IMG/VR virus record: IMGVR_UViG_3300040801_004532
Coordinates: 184,137 to 248,136 of that record
DNA length: 64,000 bases
Strand: one strand, 5' to 3'
The first letter of the stretch is position 1. Every line of letters starts with the position of its first letter. Shown one piece after another: positions 63,177 to 64,000 of the stretch. The notes under the pieces were generated by a model. It was not told the DNA's origin and made no database searches. It saw only the letters and a list, made by a program, of their open reading frames with translations. Both the position numbers and the translations under genes were made by a program.

Positions 63177-64000
63177 TTACGTAGTTGTTTCTACTATTGT
63201 ATAATCGCCTGGGTTAAAGTAAATAATTGTTGAAGACCATGCATAACCAACTTTTTGAACATACTTGGCTTCCCCAGTTGGAGCTGTATGTGTTAATACA
63301 CCAGTAGTCTGACTTACATATAAATCTTGTCCTGTAGTCCAACTCCAAGAATCATTTCTAATAAACCCATGAAGTAAAATATTTTTGGTTCCAGTTCCTG
63401 TTTCAAGAGCAAGTGCCCTAGCAGGCATTGTAGCTGTTGAGTCGGCATCTGCTTCATCAAAATGGCCATCTGCTGCCATATATAAAACTGCGCCAATTCC
63501 TGTTGAGTTTGTATCTACAGTTGCTTGGACTCTTGTTCCAGTACCTGTAAGATTTGAAGAAGGCAAATTTAATAGACCACCTGCCGAATCACCGCTTGTT
63601 CCTGAGCTACCAGATGTACCAGATGTTCCGCCTCCGGTTCCTATATTGGTTGCAATAATAACAACCCTAACATTTTCAGTATTTGTTGCAGACCAAATCC
63701 GAATTGTATCTATTGAAATTCTTTCTATTTGTTCAACACCAACTGTAAAATCATTATCAGTTGTATATGCTTCAACCACAACATCCTTAGTTCCTAAATT
63801 ATGTGGTATATCATAATAGTATAAACCTGTTGTTGTATCTAAATTCCAGGTTGAAATAGTTGCAACATATTTTGTTATTGCGTCTGAACCACTTGTTCCT
63901 GATGATCCTGATGTACCTGATGAACCAGAAGATCCACTTGTTCCTGATGTACCCGATGAACCAGAACTACCACTTGTTCCTGATGATCCTGATGTACCCG
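63177..64000 (-). CDS. Tail fibre/decoration protein with G-S/T-S repeats (5' end outside window)
   Basis: Frame is open to the window edge: GTSGSSGTSG.., HNLGTKDV, and a C-terminal domain LYMAADG..ADAD..ALALE..VGYA. Confidence 0.7.
   Translation of the reverse strand, partial: GTSGSSGTSGSSGSSGTSGTSGSSGSSGTSGSSGTSGSDAITKYVATISTWNLDTTTGLYYYDIPHNLGTKDVVVEAYTTDNDFTVGVEQIERISIDTIRIWSATNTENVRVVIIATNIGTGGGTSGTSGSSGTSGDSAGGLLNLPSSNLTGTGTRVQATVDTNSTGIGAVLYMAADGHFDEADADSTATMPARALALETGTGTKNILLHGFIRNDSWSWTTGQDLYVSQTTGVLTHTAPTGEAKYVQKVGYAWSSTIIYFNPGDYTIVETTT
63888..64000 (-). repeat. Gly-X-Ser (GTS/GSS) collagen-like low-complexity repeat
   Basis: Repeated 9-bp-period units, a shorter copy at about 63590-63640. 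Confidence 0.8.

Noticed and set aside
1-64000. Stop-codon reassignment as seen in some large phages
   Set aside because: Long conserved genes are intact in the standard code, coding density is high, and TAA, TGA and TAG all end well-supported genes.

Overview
This window is a 64-kb segment of an AT-rich, jumbo-type myophage genome with contractile-tail genes and no integrase, rRNA or tRNA. ORFs are intact in the standard code. The + strand (1-21.4 kb) carries an SbcC/gp46-like ATPase (5' end missing), a radical SAM gene paired with a 'TNSSS' gene, and an apparently complete ubiquitin-like conjugation operon: Prok-E2_D-like, JAB protease, ThiF/E1, a Rho-N-Ubl fusion ending in KG, a second ThiF-like gene and an HPN..C E2-like gene. 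Directly after it come unsplit RNA polymerase beta' and beta subunits in that order, FolE2, and nucleotide/DNA metabolism genes. From 21.5 kb onward is a late/virion module: terminase large subunit, tape-measure-like protein, baseplate gp6/gp25/gp26-like genes with a candidate +1 frameshift, tail tube, sheath, holin, DUF5675, a DUF285 repeat protein, LamG and a Gly-Ser/Thr repeat fibre. Two oppositely oriented + strand islets interrupt this module; they share a 22-bp upstream motif. A second motif (TTTAGAACAAA) precedes several late genes. CreA and a PagL-like beta-barrel suggest a Gram-negative host. All family assignments come from motif recognition by eye; no searches were run.
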